In this document: positions 40,101-52,400 of the stretch, in pieces
Position numbering within the stretch: the stretch's first letter is position 1
Layout of the letters: the number at the start of each line of letters is the position of its first letter
DNA from: Tubiluchus corallicola
Lineage: Eukaryota > Animalia > Priapulida
Length of the DNA: 64,000 nucleotides
Assembly: GCA_030141605.1 (NCBI GenBank)
Contig: JAQGDQ010000021.1
Span: 248,001-312,000 of the forward strand
Direction: 5' to 3'
The notes under the pieces: model-generated
Seen by the model: the letters and a program-made list of their open reading frames with translations, nothing else
Databases searched by the model: none
Told to the model about the DNA's origin: nothing
Translations under genes and position numbers: made by a program

Positions 40101-43100
40101 TAACTTCGCTATGAAAGTTGACTTTGACGATGCATACATGTTGACTATAGATAAGATACATATCTCTGTACAAGCACTTTCTAAAATAAGTCAATACAGT
40201 AATGATAACAGCGCGAATAATTGTATACAGTCTCGTAATCCAGGCCATGATAACGAAGCTTCTCCCAGCTGTAAGGATCTCATCATCTACTATTGCAAAT
40301 AGCAATACACGGAAGTTGATTGTGGTCAGGTCAAAAGACTGTTAGCTCTGTCTAGGGAGCATTCGGAGGCATTCTTAGTTAAATACTTATTCTCTATCAT
40401 GACCTGCATTAGTATGGTTCACGGGTCTTAATGCAAGTATTCAATACGTTTAGTATACCATCCAGCTGATAGCCAGCATTCGATGGCAGAGACTAATGTT
40501 CTGATTATGTAGGCTGTATCAAAATCTCCCTCATTATCAAGGATGAGACATTGAAATAAGCAGAATAGTGTATAGCTCTTTAGGCTTTGATACTTTACTG
40601 TATATTTCATATTATTACAGTAAAGATTTCAGTCACTTTTTACGATTTATCGTCAAACGCGAATGCAAAGCATTCATAGGAATCACAGCCACTCATACAA
40701 CACAAAAATACATCACTAAAGTATTTTATAATTCTCATCTTTGATAAGTGCATCACTCCAGATTAAATATCCAAGTTGAAGTTCCAATGTTCGGTACAAT
40801 ATGGTCTGCAGTATAAGAGTTGCCATTTGTTAATAGAGATGTGAGATCACGGCAATATTAGTTTTTGTGATAACGTTTTTCATCAACATTCTTGTGGTCA
40901 AAAATGACATCAAGTGTAAACTAATAAAAGTTGTAAATTTGGTCCTATGCCAATAAATAGGTATGTGTATTTTTACTATTTTTTTAGGTTGATTTGATGA
41001 CACAAGGAGATAGTTTTTATGATCTAGTTGACAGGCCAGATCACGAAGAAGTCAAAAGCTGCTTAGAAAACTGCGATGCTCTACACCAGGACATTGAGTT
41101 TTCCTGTCAAATGAATGTAACGCGAAGTATCAGAAAACAAGCCAAGCTAGCAGATCAAAAGGTAATGGTATACACAAAGTTACATCAAGGGGCTACATTT
41201 ACCTGATTTTATCTGCAAAAGTTAACATTGAAGTCTTAAGAAGCAATCAAGGCCAGCTTTCAAATTAAGGTAGCATAATAAGCATAAACAACTTACAGTC
41301 TAATGCTGACAAAAATTTTGCTGCATTTTTTCTTATGGAGGCATTATCATATTCATATATTATATGTATATCTAAGGCAATGATAGTAGGCCAAGTTGTT
41401 CTTCAAAAGATTAATTAGAGGAGCTAGCATTGAAATTCAAACCCATAGTCCTTTATTACCAGCCCTCGTTGAGTTAAATGGCCTGAGCTGTTGCAAAATA
41501 CCGAATACATTGCAACATGTAATAAGCTACACAGTGGAGCAAAAAAAACAAGCTAGTAAGTTTAGTTTCCGAGAAAATTACTACACTCTATGCAACATGA
41601 TTTTCTTTAAATTTAACATCAAGCCACATCATGCTAATTCACATCTAAACATCTCGAGAAGCTTACGCATGTTGGATTTTTAACTCTGGTCACATGTAAT
41701 CATTATGTTTTGCAGGTGTTTACTGTACGTGGCCACTATATGATGCCGGTTCTCGGTGAACAGCCAATATTTGTCGGCCTGTGTCAGCCTGTCATACTTC
41801 CAGAAAACAAATATCCTATTATTTCAAGTTGTTCGACTATATTCACTACAGTTCACACAGTTGACATGAGACTACTCAACACTGACAAAATGTAAGTGTA
41901 CACCATTTAATCCATACTATTTAGAGTTTAAAAAACAGTAACATGTGTATATGTAAGGGACGATCACAAAAAATAAACCTGTCACTATTATAACACAAAT
42001 GCATTGTCTATGACTGCGTGACCCTTATGGAAACATCGTGTTTTCTTTAGGTAAATGAAATTTTAAGTTTTTATTTCTATTAGGGGTGAGCAGTGGCTGG
42101 GTTATAGCAGCAACGACATGCGTGGAATATCTTGGTATCAACTGATACATCCAGAGGATGTGCAGGCGGTTGCAGCCAAACATAAGCAAAGTATGTCAAC
42201 CACAGCACTGGTATCATTAGAATTAAGGATTGATTTTTTTATCAAAATACCAAACAACAACGCACCTTAATATCAAATTGTGCTGAAAAAGTACGTAGTT
42301 GATAATACTGAAGACGTAACAAAACCATTGGCAAAATGTTCACAGCTTGCTATCCCTCATAATTTATCAGGATGTTTCCAGCTATACACTCACAAAATAA
42401 ATAATAGGAAAACGGGTAAATGAACTTCATCCACCTTCTTAGCTAGGATGTGTATACTGGCAAAATACGTGAGATACCCTGATATTTTTTTCAGTTATCA
42501 GCCGAGATGATGAAAAGGGCATGACCTGTTTAGCTCGAATCCAGACGAAATATGGATTGTGCTGGAACCACATGTGCTTGCAGTTGAAGAAAAGTTCCAT
42601 GATGATACCGAATCTTGAACCAGTGATAATAGTGACAAATCAGTTGTTAAGGTATGTGAGGAGCATTTCTAATCATACATATATAATAGGCCTATATGTT
42701 AAAATTCTCATACAAACTTGTGAAATTCATTATTGAAAGCCTGCCTAGTACGAGTCTATTGATGCCTAATTGGATCGTGACCCTTATCCAGCTGCTATAA
42801 GGTTACTATAAAAAAATGAGAAAAATGTAGAGACAGACCCAGTACTTATTGCTTATCAAATAATAGTGTGTTTAGTGGTAAATATTAATAGTACTAAATT
42901 TAGCTCTTCGGAAGAGTGGAAAAGTTATTAAGTCAATTCCCATTGTTAAGTGCATTCAAATTGGCATGGCATGATTGATTGTGTACTGCTAGGATGAAAT
43001 CCGAAACCTACTATGCTATTTTGGGCCCATGGCTTAAATCGTAGTAGAAATTGAAATTGTGAGGTTCGCGGTTCAAGTCCTGGTTCACTCACAGCCATTC

Positions 43101-45090
43101 AATACCTCTTTCAGTTAATTAGCCATCAGATTAATTGTGTTAATACAATAATGTGTTTTATATAATAATATATAGAAGCTTTTCCTTTCATTGGCAAAGT
43201 TGTTGCTTCTGCCAGATGTGCTGTGGTTGCTTAGAAACAAGTATTTTGTATTTCAGTAATGAAGAAGCAAGCGTACTGAACCAACAGTCATGGATATACA
43301 CAGCACTGCCCGATGAATCACAACTGCTGCCATCTTATCCTGATCTTGCTTGCTTCTGGCAAGATTTTAATGTTCCATCAGAAACGAGCAGTTTTGAGGA
43401 ACCCTGTTTTGTTTCTGAGTCAAATTTTACAGTGAAACATAGAGACCTTTCAACAGTGTGCAATGCTGTCATGGCAGATACTGCCTTAGAAACATCCCAG
43501 TCCAAATATGAAATGAAGTCTGAAGGTCAGCTAAGCATGGGTGAAGTGGGTAGTAATGAAGAGTGCCAAGTGATGTCAGAGATTAGAAAATGGCTGCAGC
43601 TTCCTTCTCCACTTCCACCTCCACTGCCACTGCAATCGACACAACCCCAAGAATCAAATTTAAATTATGTGGCCAAACTAACCACAGACATCATAGATGT
43701 TGCAGAGAATAACAAGAACCTTCTTTCAGCATTAGAAAGCATAGATTCTACTCAGCTAGACCGAGTCATTCATGATTTAATACCTGAGGAAGATATGTCT
43801 CGTAAAAGAAAATTTGGCGAAACTGATTCTACCAGTCCCACAAAGTATGCTAAGGTTGAAGCTGACAAAGTATTAGCCATAAAGCCAGACACAGAAGATG
43901 CTCCATGGACTAAATCAGCCATAGAGGAGAAATATCGAAAACCATGGGATGACAAGAATAAGGACATGGCTTTTAATCTCTTGGCTTTGACACCGGATTC
44001 ACCACATGATATATTATTTGTAGAAAATATGCCAAGTAAGCAACCTGCGTTTGGATTTGAGCCACTAACACCTGACTCTATTGATGCGGGTTACGAATCA
44101 GCAATAGATGAGTCATTATATGACAGCAACCCTGAAATTACGAAACCACTTTGCGTTACAACAAAATATGAGAACATTGAAGTACCTAACATTCTCACCC
44201 CAGACGCATCACCAGTTCACAATCCATATTCATTTAATTTCAGTCCTATGAGTGGTGCATCTGGTCGGAAAGTATCACCGGCAAACAAATCCAATGAGTT
44301 AGACTCTTATTTCGAAGATCTGGATAGCATTATCCAGAACGACACAAATGAACATCATATTAAAGTTGAATGGCTTAAAGATGTTGGCATTGAGTTAAAG
44401 CTTGGTGCATTGTTGGAACAAAACCTGGCTATTGAGAGACAAAGAGAACAGTTTCCAGTAGCAAAAACGAGATACTGTGATTCTGCTAATAAAGACATCC
44501 TAGAAGAGTTACTGTCTCCTGTTAGTCTTACAGAATCTGAGGCAAGTAGCCGTGCTACTGCTGAAAGTAGCCCAAGTTATTCAGCTGACAGAATCTGCTC
44601 TGATGAGGATGTTTCAATGTCAGACAAAAATAATTTTGTGGCATCTCCACATTCATCGATAATATTACCAGCCCACAATCAGGAGGACTATGATTCTCTC
44701 AGTTTATCAGATGGAACTACAATCAACACACTACTTTCACCTATAAGCATAGTACATAGGCACGATTTATCTCAGTACAGCCATATCTTTGAAGACACAT
44801 CATCATATGAGGAAATAACATCAAACACAAACTTTAGTTACAATGAAGATTTTCAAAGTGCAATGTGTCACTTACCATCAAGCAGCAAAGGATCAACAGT
44901 AAACCGGATGTCAACCGAGTTGTCAAGTTATTATGAAGAAACAAATCTCCATCTAACAATCGATTCTTCTCGTTATATAACAGATGAAGCAATGGATGTT
45001 TTAGATGAGTTGGAGGAGTTTCTACGAGATGATCACACAACAAGCCCTGGTAATAGGGATCAAGATGAGTTGTATCAACTCACTAAGTGA
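34164..45090 (+). CDS. NPAS4: bHLH-PAS transcription factor NPAS4/dysfusion orthologue, 921 aa
   Basis: Exons 34164-34171, 34365-34531, 36294-36346, 39496-39585, 40988-41161, 41716-41891, 42084-42190, 42495-42651, 43257-45090 (2766 nt, phase-consistent). b[23 protein letters not shown]...[16 protein letters not shown]; [46 protein letters not shown]; [19 protein letters not shown]; long acidic Ser-rich tail. Confidence 0.93.
38071..38927. mobile_element. Second copy of the MULE-like element, in NPAS4 intron 3
   Basis: Same subterminal AAAGACCAC/GGTCAAGGGACC repeats, same right end CCTTTGACCGCCCA, and shared internal blocks (GAGATAATTA..TTACTTG, CAGTTTAGAAATA, AATGGTTACC..CTAACC.AAACATCT) with 15952-16937. 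Left boundary approximate. Confidence 0.75.
39900..40800 (-). pseudogene. Decayed LGR-type 7TM relic, antisense in NPAS4 intron 4
   Basis: Ordered motifs: DNEGDFD..ECWLSAG (ECL1/TM3 start), [12 protein letters not shown] (TM3 end), CLYRDMYL (TM5 end), HDFCRAP (TM6, cf. TDFxCWAP), LSVTSN..KIL (ECL3/TM7). Confidence 0.35.
43028..43092 (+). mobile_element. tRNA-derived SINE head (degenerate)
   Basis: TGGCTTAAATCG (A-box-like) ... GAGGTTCGCGGTTCAAGTCC (B-box-like). Confidence 0.4.
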
Positions 45091-47999
45091 AGATGCTCTT
45101 CCTGTTGCAGGTAAGAACTAAAGATCTTTGCCTAAGAGTGATGCACTATAAATGTGTGAGATACTAATAATCAAAATAATTTAGAAACTTAAATGTTTTT
45201 TTTGTATTGCTCAAACAGTATAGAACGTAATAGTGTTCTAGTGGAATATGCGTGTGTGTTTATAAACAAATTTCTCATGTTACATACACTTAAAAAGTAT
45301 GAACATCGATTTAATAATCTCTGTGTTTCTTTTTCAGGTGAGCATGTTAACCAACCCTGTACCAAATAAGTCTATGACTTTTAGACATGTATGGCATATT
45401 GTCAAGTAAAGGATACACAGCCAAGTGGTTGTTAATCGCACTTTATATAATACACTTACATACTATATTCACTAACACTAAATGCACTATGCTCATTAAT
45501 TATCCACCATTATAATATTACTAATACAATCACAGTACGTGATAAATGTATAATTGTACATGCATTAAAATTTACAGCCAATCGTGCGTATCGTCATAGT
45601 GACTAAAGATAATCATTATCGTGCTTGTGTTAATGCAGCCATTTATATTATTTATTGTCCTTTTGTAAATAACACCCCCGGTGCAATTCGACTTTTATAT
45701 TATAATTACTGTCTTTGAGATGTTAATTACTGAAAATTATATGGATTGTTGTTTGTCTTTCTACAATTCAGTATATTTATGCAGTTGATAAGCTTGTTTG
45801 ATAATCTGTATCATACAAAATTTGTTTCATGCTTAATGATGCAATGGATGTTGTTATATTTTTTTAGTGATAGTGATTTAAATAATCAATTTTGATAAGA
45901 GTATACATACACAATGTGTAAAATTATACCTCTTATCGTTGTAATAATTATTATTGTTTTAGTACTATTTATGGTAATATGATGGCTCATTTTTGTGTAA
46001 ACATTGTATTTCCTCTGTTGCACTTTTATGTAAGAAAGTACTTCACTGTGTGAGAAACTTTGAGTAGAGTAGTAAGTTATTGTAATAATATTTAGTATGT
46101 AGGTCTACTAATGACTATGTCAGTAAGTATGGCATCCACGTGAATAAACGTTAACTTTGTTTTATATATCTACTATTGCGCAATTTTTTTAAATGTGCAT
46201 CCTGAGCAGATAAACTCCACTTTTCATTTTTGGTGTGTGTTTAAATCTGGTTTTGTATATGCAATTTCTGCACCTTGCACACAAACGAGCAGCAGTAGTA
46301 GATGAGTTTGTATGGAGCAGAAATTTAAACCTGTTTTATCTGAAGAACTAGTTGTATGATACAAATATTTGCTCAATAAGCGCCTCAATATACAATCTAC
46401 TGCACAATACAGTAACTACTTTTGTAGAACATAATTATTATTATGCCGTTTTTCCAACTTTGTCGAAATTTTATTAAAGAATTTTAATAAAGACATAAAC
46501 ACAGACATATTTATATTCATCTCTTCAAACATTTAAAATTTACAGGTGTAAACTAAAAAGAAAGTATATATCAAAAAGGAGAACGCAAGGTTACGGAGAC
46601 TGCAAGAGAAAGGATAGCAAAAGACCACCAGGTCGCCAAGTCAGCTGACCTTCTCAGATTAATATAAGAAAAACTACGGGTGTTGCAAAATTTAAAAAAA
46701 CAAGTTAAATATAAGAAGGTGATAACACATGCATAACACTCACATTCGCCACAGGTACTTTTCTACATTATTTACATGCTAGTATCTTGTATGCTATAAT
46801 AATAGTGATTTCATTAAACTGCACGTAAAATATATATATATACATATTTCATAACTCTGATCACATAGATCTATAAGATGCATTTGAACAAATATATAAT
46901 TGTATAAAATATTATATAATATATATATATATGTATATTATGAACATCATTTATTTTGGAGCACAAATGTACAGTCAAATTACATAAGCTGTTCAATTAA
47001 AAAAAATTAGTAGTAAAGTAAAACAAATATTAAACACTGACAACAGCAAAAAAACAAGCATGGACATTATTTACATACAAGAAAACAAAGCAATTAATTA
47101 AAAAGACACGATGTAATTAATAATTTGAATCTATATGACAAGTAATCATTTTAGTATTTGTAAATTACATATAGTAAATTTAGCTTTTAAATTTACAGGT
47201 GCCTCTTAAGTTGCATGCGTTACACATGGGCGCCGGCAGGTGGACGCACTGACGTGCGTGCGTCCACAGAATTTCTTAAGAAAAATTTTGAGATGGCTAA
47301 GTTAATAAAAAATTTTAGCAGTAAACCAAGAAACACATCAATCCCTTGTTTGTTTGCGCAATTCCAGAGCAGTAAGCTGATTTACATAGTGAATTTATGT
47401 TTATGTATGTCACTTATATAGAGTGGGTTCTCTTATCGAATTCTGTTGTCTAGACAGTTTTTTAGCTAACTGTAACTGCACTTCTGCATTTAGGGGGTGG
47501 GCCCAAGGGACGTGTTACCCCCTTTCACAGTAGTACTGAAATTATGAGTCACGAGTTTGAGGTGACATAATGGGTTTTAAACTAATGAACTTACCTGAGG
47601 AAATCGCTTCTAGCAAAAGCAAAATGGTCTAAAATGTAGTAAAATGGTTGAGACGTTCTACCGTTTAGCTGTGTCCGGTGGGAAAAATTAGCACGCACGC
47701 AAACTTATTAAATTTTGTATGAACAGTGGGTGGACTGTAAACTTAACAGTCTCAAATAAGTTTTATGTTTGACTATCCACATTTTGCTGGGTAGATAATC
47801 TTGACACTGAATAAATTAAGCTCAAGTAATGGGTCATCCACATTGCAGTGTATTACGAACTTGCTTTTAAGATATATGACTGCTACAATAGAATACAATC
47901 AACATTACCTAGGTAAAGGTAGGTAAAATTATTTATTAAAGCAGAATTTTTCACGTTTGAGGAAGTCTATGTACCGGAATTTAGATCTCATTTGAGGCC

Positions 48000-48100
48000 T
48001 CCAAAATGTGCTTAAATACAGAAAAATGCATTGGTGGCCGGAGCCCTACCCTGGAACCCGCCGAGGAAGCTTACAGCGCTCCTCCAAACCCCCTAGCTGC
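48000..48100. repeat. GC-rich interspersed repeat core; partial inverted copy at ~31450-31510
   Basis: AAAATGTGCTTAAATACAG-AAAATGCATTGGTGGCC...ACCCTGGA matches the reverse complement of ~31450-31510 (AAAATGTCCTCAAATGCAGTAAAATACATTGGTGGCC...ACCCTGGA). Confidence 0.6.
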
Positions 48101-48182
48101 TTGTGCGTCAAATTTTTTAAACTCTGGCAGCACCCATTGTCTTACGTATATATGTATATATATATATATGTCCATATATGTG

Positions 48183-48283
48183 TGTCCATATGCATCTCTG
48201 TGAAAGTGACAATGTAACATTTTATATTGGTCTATATATATATATATGTTACATTGCCACTTTCACAGAGATGCATATGGACA
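48183..48283. repeat. Near-perfect hairpin, 38-bp arms with 25-nt loop
   Basis: 48183-48220 is the reverse complement of 48246-48283 at 37/38 positions. Confidence 0.9.
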
Positions 48284-48740
48284 TACACACACATATATAT
48301 ATAACATGCATACACATGCACGCAGGCAGGCACGCACACACACACGTATGTCAGTTATTCACATCATTTCTGTCTTGTGTTGTTTCTTTCTACATAAAAA
48401 TTGTGATTAACCGCATACCTAGTGTAATGCTCACGTAGTTCAAATGCCGGTTGAAAAAAAACTGGTAAAAATATCAGGCATATTATTATTTTTAAATTTA
48501 CAAAGAAGTAACAAGTTCTAATTCATGAATGTCATTTAGTTTTAGTCATTTTAGGTGGTAATGTAATGAGGCGACATGGGCTCTTTAAGTGTTTAATCGA
48601 TTAATACACTGTATACATGACACATGAATAGCTTTTACGCACACTTACTTCCATAAGATTATAACTACAAGTCTATTTTACCCATTTGTTTACAATAAAA
48701 CTCAAATATTTATGAGGAACGGGAAAAAGGCCTGAATGGA

Positions 48741-49434
48741 TTTTGGCGACGTACTATAGCAACAATATTGTACGAAAACGCAAAGTAAATAAAGCAAAAA
48801 TGAGGCATGGAACCATAGATACCATAGATTTTAATGGTGCGTCCTCAGAGACGTGCGCACGTTTTTTATCTAAATCTATGATAAATACACATACCTATCA
48901 TTTGTTGGTGGCTCGCAACAACTCATTGGGGTTGTGTAATGACTAAGGAGAATTTAAGAGTTGGAGTAGAAAAACCTAGCTTTAAGAGTAGAAAAACTTA
49001 CTCTGGTAGTTGCCAATTGAAGTATTCTAATTAATCGTAATGTCTACAACTCCAAAAGCTAGATTTCATTGAAGTCGTTGAATATCTTTAGATGACCTTT
49101 TGATTTAAGTCCTCTAGAGCTCAACGTTCCAACTCTTAAATTCTCCTTAGTCTTTACACACCCCCATTATTGCAGACAAACGAAAAGCAGAATATCTAAA
49201 TAAATGTACAGTTTCTTTACTGAATGAAGATTTCTTCGCTCTGTGATATTATTTTTCAATGATTTGTTGCGAGCCACCAACAAATGATAGGTACGTGTAT
49301 TTATCATAGATTTAGATAAAACACGTGAGTACATATCTGAGGACGCACCATTAAAATCTATGGTTCCATGCCTCATTTTTGCTTTATTTACTTTGCATTT
49401 TCGTACAACATTGTTGCCATAGTAACGTGCGAAA
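48741..49434. repeat. Long inverted repeat (foldback) abutting the AK7 start
   Basis: 48741-48965 pairs with 49128-49434. The right arm has a ~90-bp insertion (~49168-49257) and the left arm a 9-bp ACCATAGAT duplication. Confidence 0.9.
49413..49426 (+). promoter_or_regulatory. RFX X-box of the AK7 promoter
   Basis: GTTGCCATAGTAAC fits the X-box consensus GTNRCC(N0-3)RGYAAC and ends ~20 bp upstream of the ATG of a motile-cilia gene. Confidence 0.75.
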
Positions 49435-49447
49435 GCAGGTGAATGCC

Positions 49448-52400
49448 ATGGCAGAAAGCGAGAGCATAGAAAAATTTCTTAGTGAAAAATGGGTTTTTGT
49501 CAATTGCTTAGATTTGTATCAAGGCAAAAATATATCCAAGGTATGTTGGAATCGTTTATAGTGATAGCTAGTATATAATTCTGTTTTTAATCGAGGGCTC
49601 AACTGGCTCGAAACTTCACATATTAGAGAGAAAGATTTACATAGACGAACGGAGCGTATGTCGAGAAATGCGGCAGTATGACGTTTCTCGAGGCACAGTG
49701 TTTATATGTATTTACCCTGGTTGCTTGGGTCTGTCCCAGCAAACAGATGTATTTTATCTGACACAAATTTTATCTGAATAAACCTGTAGATAGCAGTACT
49801 TAGGGTCCTGCCTAATGGCCCATTTAATGAGCTTATTAATTGTTCTACCTTTAATAGACTTCGTCGAAAGTATACTTAAACTTATCCCCAACCTATATTA
49901 GGTTGAGTTAACATATTGGGCCTCCAAACACTGAGTTAGCTCCTAGCTGGGGTCTCATTGTCGAGGATATCCTGGGGCCCAAGTAACTAGGTATGGTGTA
50001 TTGTTATATCATGTAAACACTTTTTATTATCATGTTATAGTTTCAAGCTAATATACTTGTCATATCATGTACTAATTTCTCTTACTAAAACATAGCTAGG
50101 CCATATCTTTTTATACTAATGAAGCTTAATAATACAGCTGACCTCATGTAATCATTGTAAATATCATAATGTGAAATCTGTGTAATAGTTACGCACATAT
50201 TTTAGTCAACTGTTCTTAATCAGCAACTAGAAGGATGCATTACAATTTCATATTTATTTTGTGTCTGGAACTTAGATTAGGTATTTGAACTTAGGCAAAA
50301 TTTAAGCACCTGTCTAGCTCTCCCACCTTTCTCGATTAAAAAATTCTAAAATAATTAAAAAATATCAAAATTCCCGACAGTGTATTCTCGATCTAGCATT
50401 TTGAATTCAAGATCATTAGTGGCAGTAACATTATTTTCATAATTTCAACTATAAAAAAATCTAAGGCTGTACCAATACCCAATGGATCATCATGAAAATT
50501 TATAGCTTGAGCAGTATACTAAAAGGAATGTTGCATGCACGGATTGACAGAGTTGGATTTTCGACCCCGTCATTTTTAAAAAAACAGCCTAATTTAAGCC
50601 TCCACCAACTCGCAATGGATTGTCATAAAATTTGTAATAATGTACTAAAATGAATTCCACATTTGTTGACAGAGTCTGGTTTTTGATTTGTCATTTTTGA
50701 ATTCAAGGTAGCGGCAACATTATTTTTAAAAAAGACTACGGTTCCACCAATTCGCTATGGATCATCATGAAGCTTTACAGGACTATACTAGAACAAACTC
50801 TCCATTAATTGACAAAGTTGAATTTTTGATTTGCCGTGATGAAATCAAAAACATGGCATCGACATCATTTTCTAATCCACGATCTTGAGTTCAGTGAATC
50901 CTCCACCAATAGTTCAAGTCAAGTCAAATTTATCTGTAATTTGTCTGTTAGAAGGCGACATTACCAATAAGGTAGTGGTTTTAGTCACAGGCAGTTGTGT
51001 TGTAGTATGAGAATTGAGAACATGCATCCCTTAGCTTGCTTTTTTGTAAGGACACTATTTCAAGTATATTCAAGCTTACAATTCTCTAATACATAGTGAA
51101 ATTTTTAGTTTCACTAAGAAAGGAAAAAATAAGAAAGATACATTAACTGTTTCAACCCTGCTTTTAAGTTGGACTGGGATAATGCTAGCTTAAAAACTTG
51201 TGGCATTGTTGCATTACTAAATGATAAAAAATTGCAAGAATAACAGCCTGCCTCTCACTTCCATTTTTATTATAGTTTAGCACTTACATTCCCCTGACTT
51301 TGACCTGGTGTTGGAACTTTAGTTGTAACCAGAGTATGTCTGCATTTGTTGTATATAACCTAAAAATGTACATCATGTAATGCAATAAAATGGTAAAATC
51401 TTTTGTATTTAAATGTCTCGTGCTAGGCATGCACAAGTATCTAGATATAGTTCTCAGCCTATGTTTATGCTCCATATTTACACATAATCCCAAGTATTGT
51501 CCTCATAGCCCTGACGACTTGTTCTTTTTATTTTCTTTTGGTTGCTTAATGTATGCGTTCTTTTTCCACATATGTGGACCCCTCACACATGTTGCTTACT
51601 ATACTTGATGTGTGGATCACTTTTTCATCCAGTCATTCTAGCTTTTCTAAATACCTAGTCTTTTTAACATCTTCACATCTAACACGAAACATCAACCCGA
51701 AAAATAATATTTATAGTGAGGTAACGTTTATTGAAGAAAAATCAGTGAACGCTATTCTGTGACAAATGATAAAAAGAAAAAAATCTGTTTATGAAAGCAG
51801 TTGAAATATATATTTTACATGCATCCTTATGCATTTTAAGTTACCTGCAGCATTGTATTGTATTTCAATTATCACAGTTTAGGCCAGTATGATGAACTAA
51901 CATCATTTACCCTAACTATATTACTAGATTACTTTCTAGTAATTTTAAATAGATAAAAATTATTTAAAACTCTTTTGCATTTGCTGTTTGTGTAAAGCAT
52001 TTTTGTCAATTCAAGAATAATGTTTATAGCTAGCCGGTACTATAGCTGCATTGTTTTGCAAACCTGGATAGCTGATGTTTATGTTTTTCTTTAGTTTCTA
52101 TCGAAGTCCATCCCAGGTGAATTGCTCCACAAAGAGGAAGAAGAAGAGGAAGATAAGTCTGTGAGAAGTTATGAACAAGATGCACAGAGACAAGGCACAT
52201 TTAAAATCACTGGCACTTTAAGTAATCCTGAAGCCAGTTGTTCGCCTTGGGAGGAACAAGTTTTATTAGTAAGACTTCACGCTGGCACTACTTATGTTAC
52301 CTTAACACTGTCCATCTTAGTTTCATAAATGTGATAAGTGCAAGCTAAAATCAGTAGAATTGCACAGTACCATCGATTAAACCCAAATACTAGATGATTT

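Noticed and set aside
43153-43256. N-terminal 35 aa of the 645-aa ORF
   Set aside because: Intronic; the exon starts at the acceptor at 43257.
48743-49376. Two similar short ORFs (MRHGTIDFNGASS...) on opposite strands
   Set aside because: Mirror translations of the inverted-repeat arms, not a gene pair.
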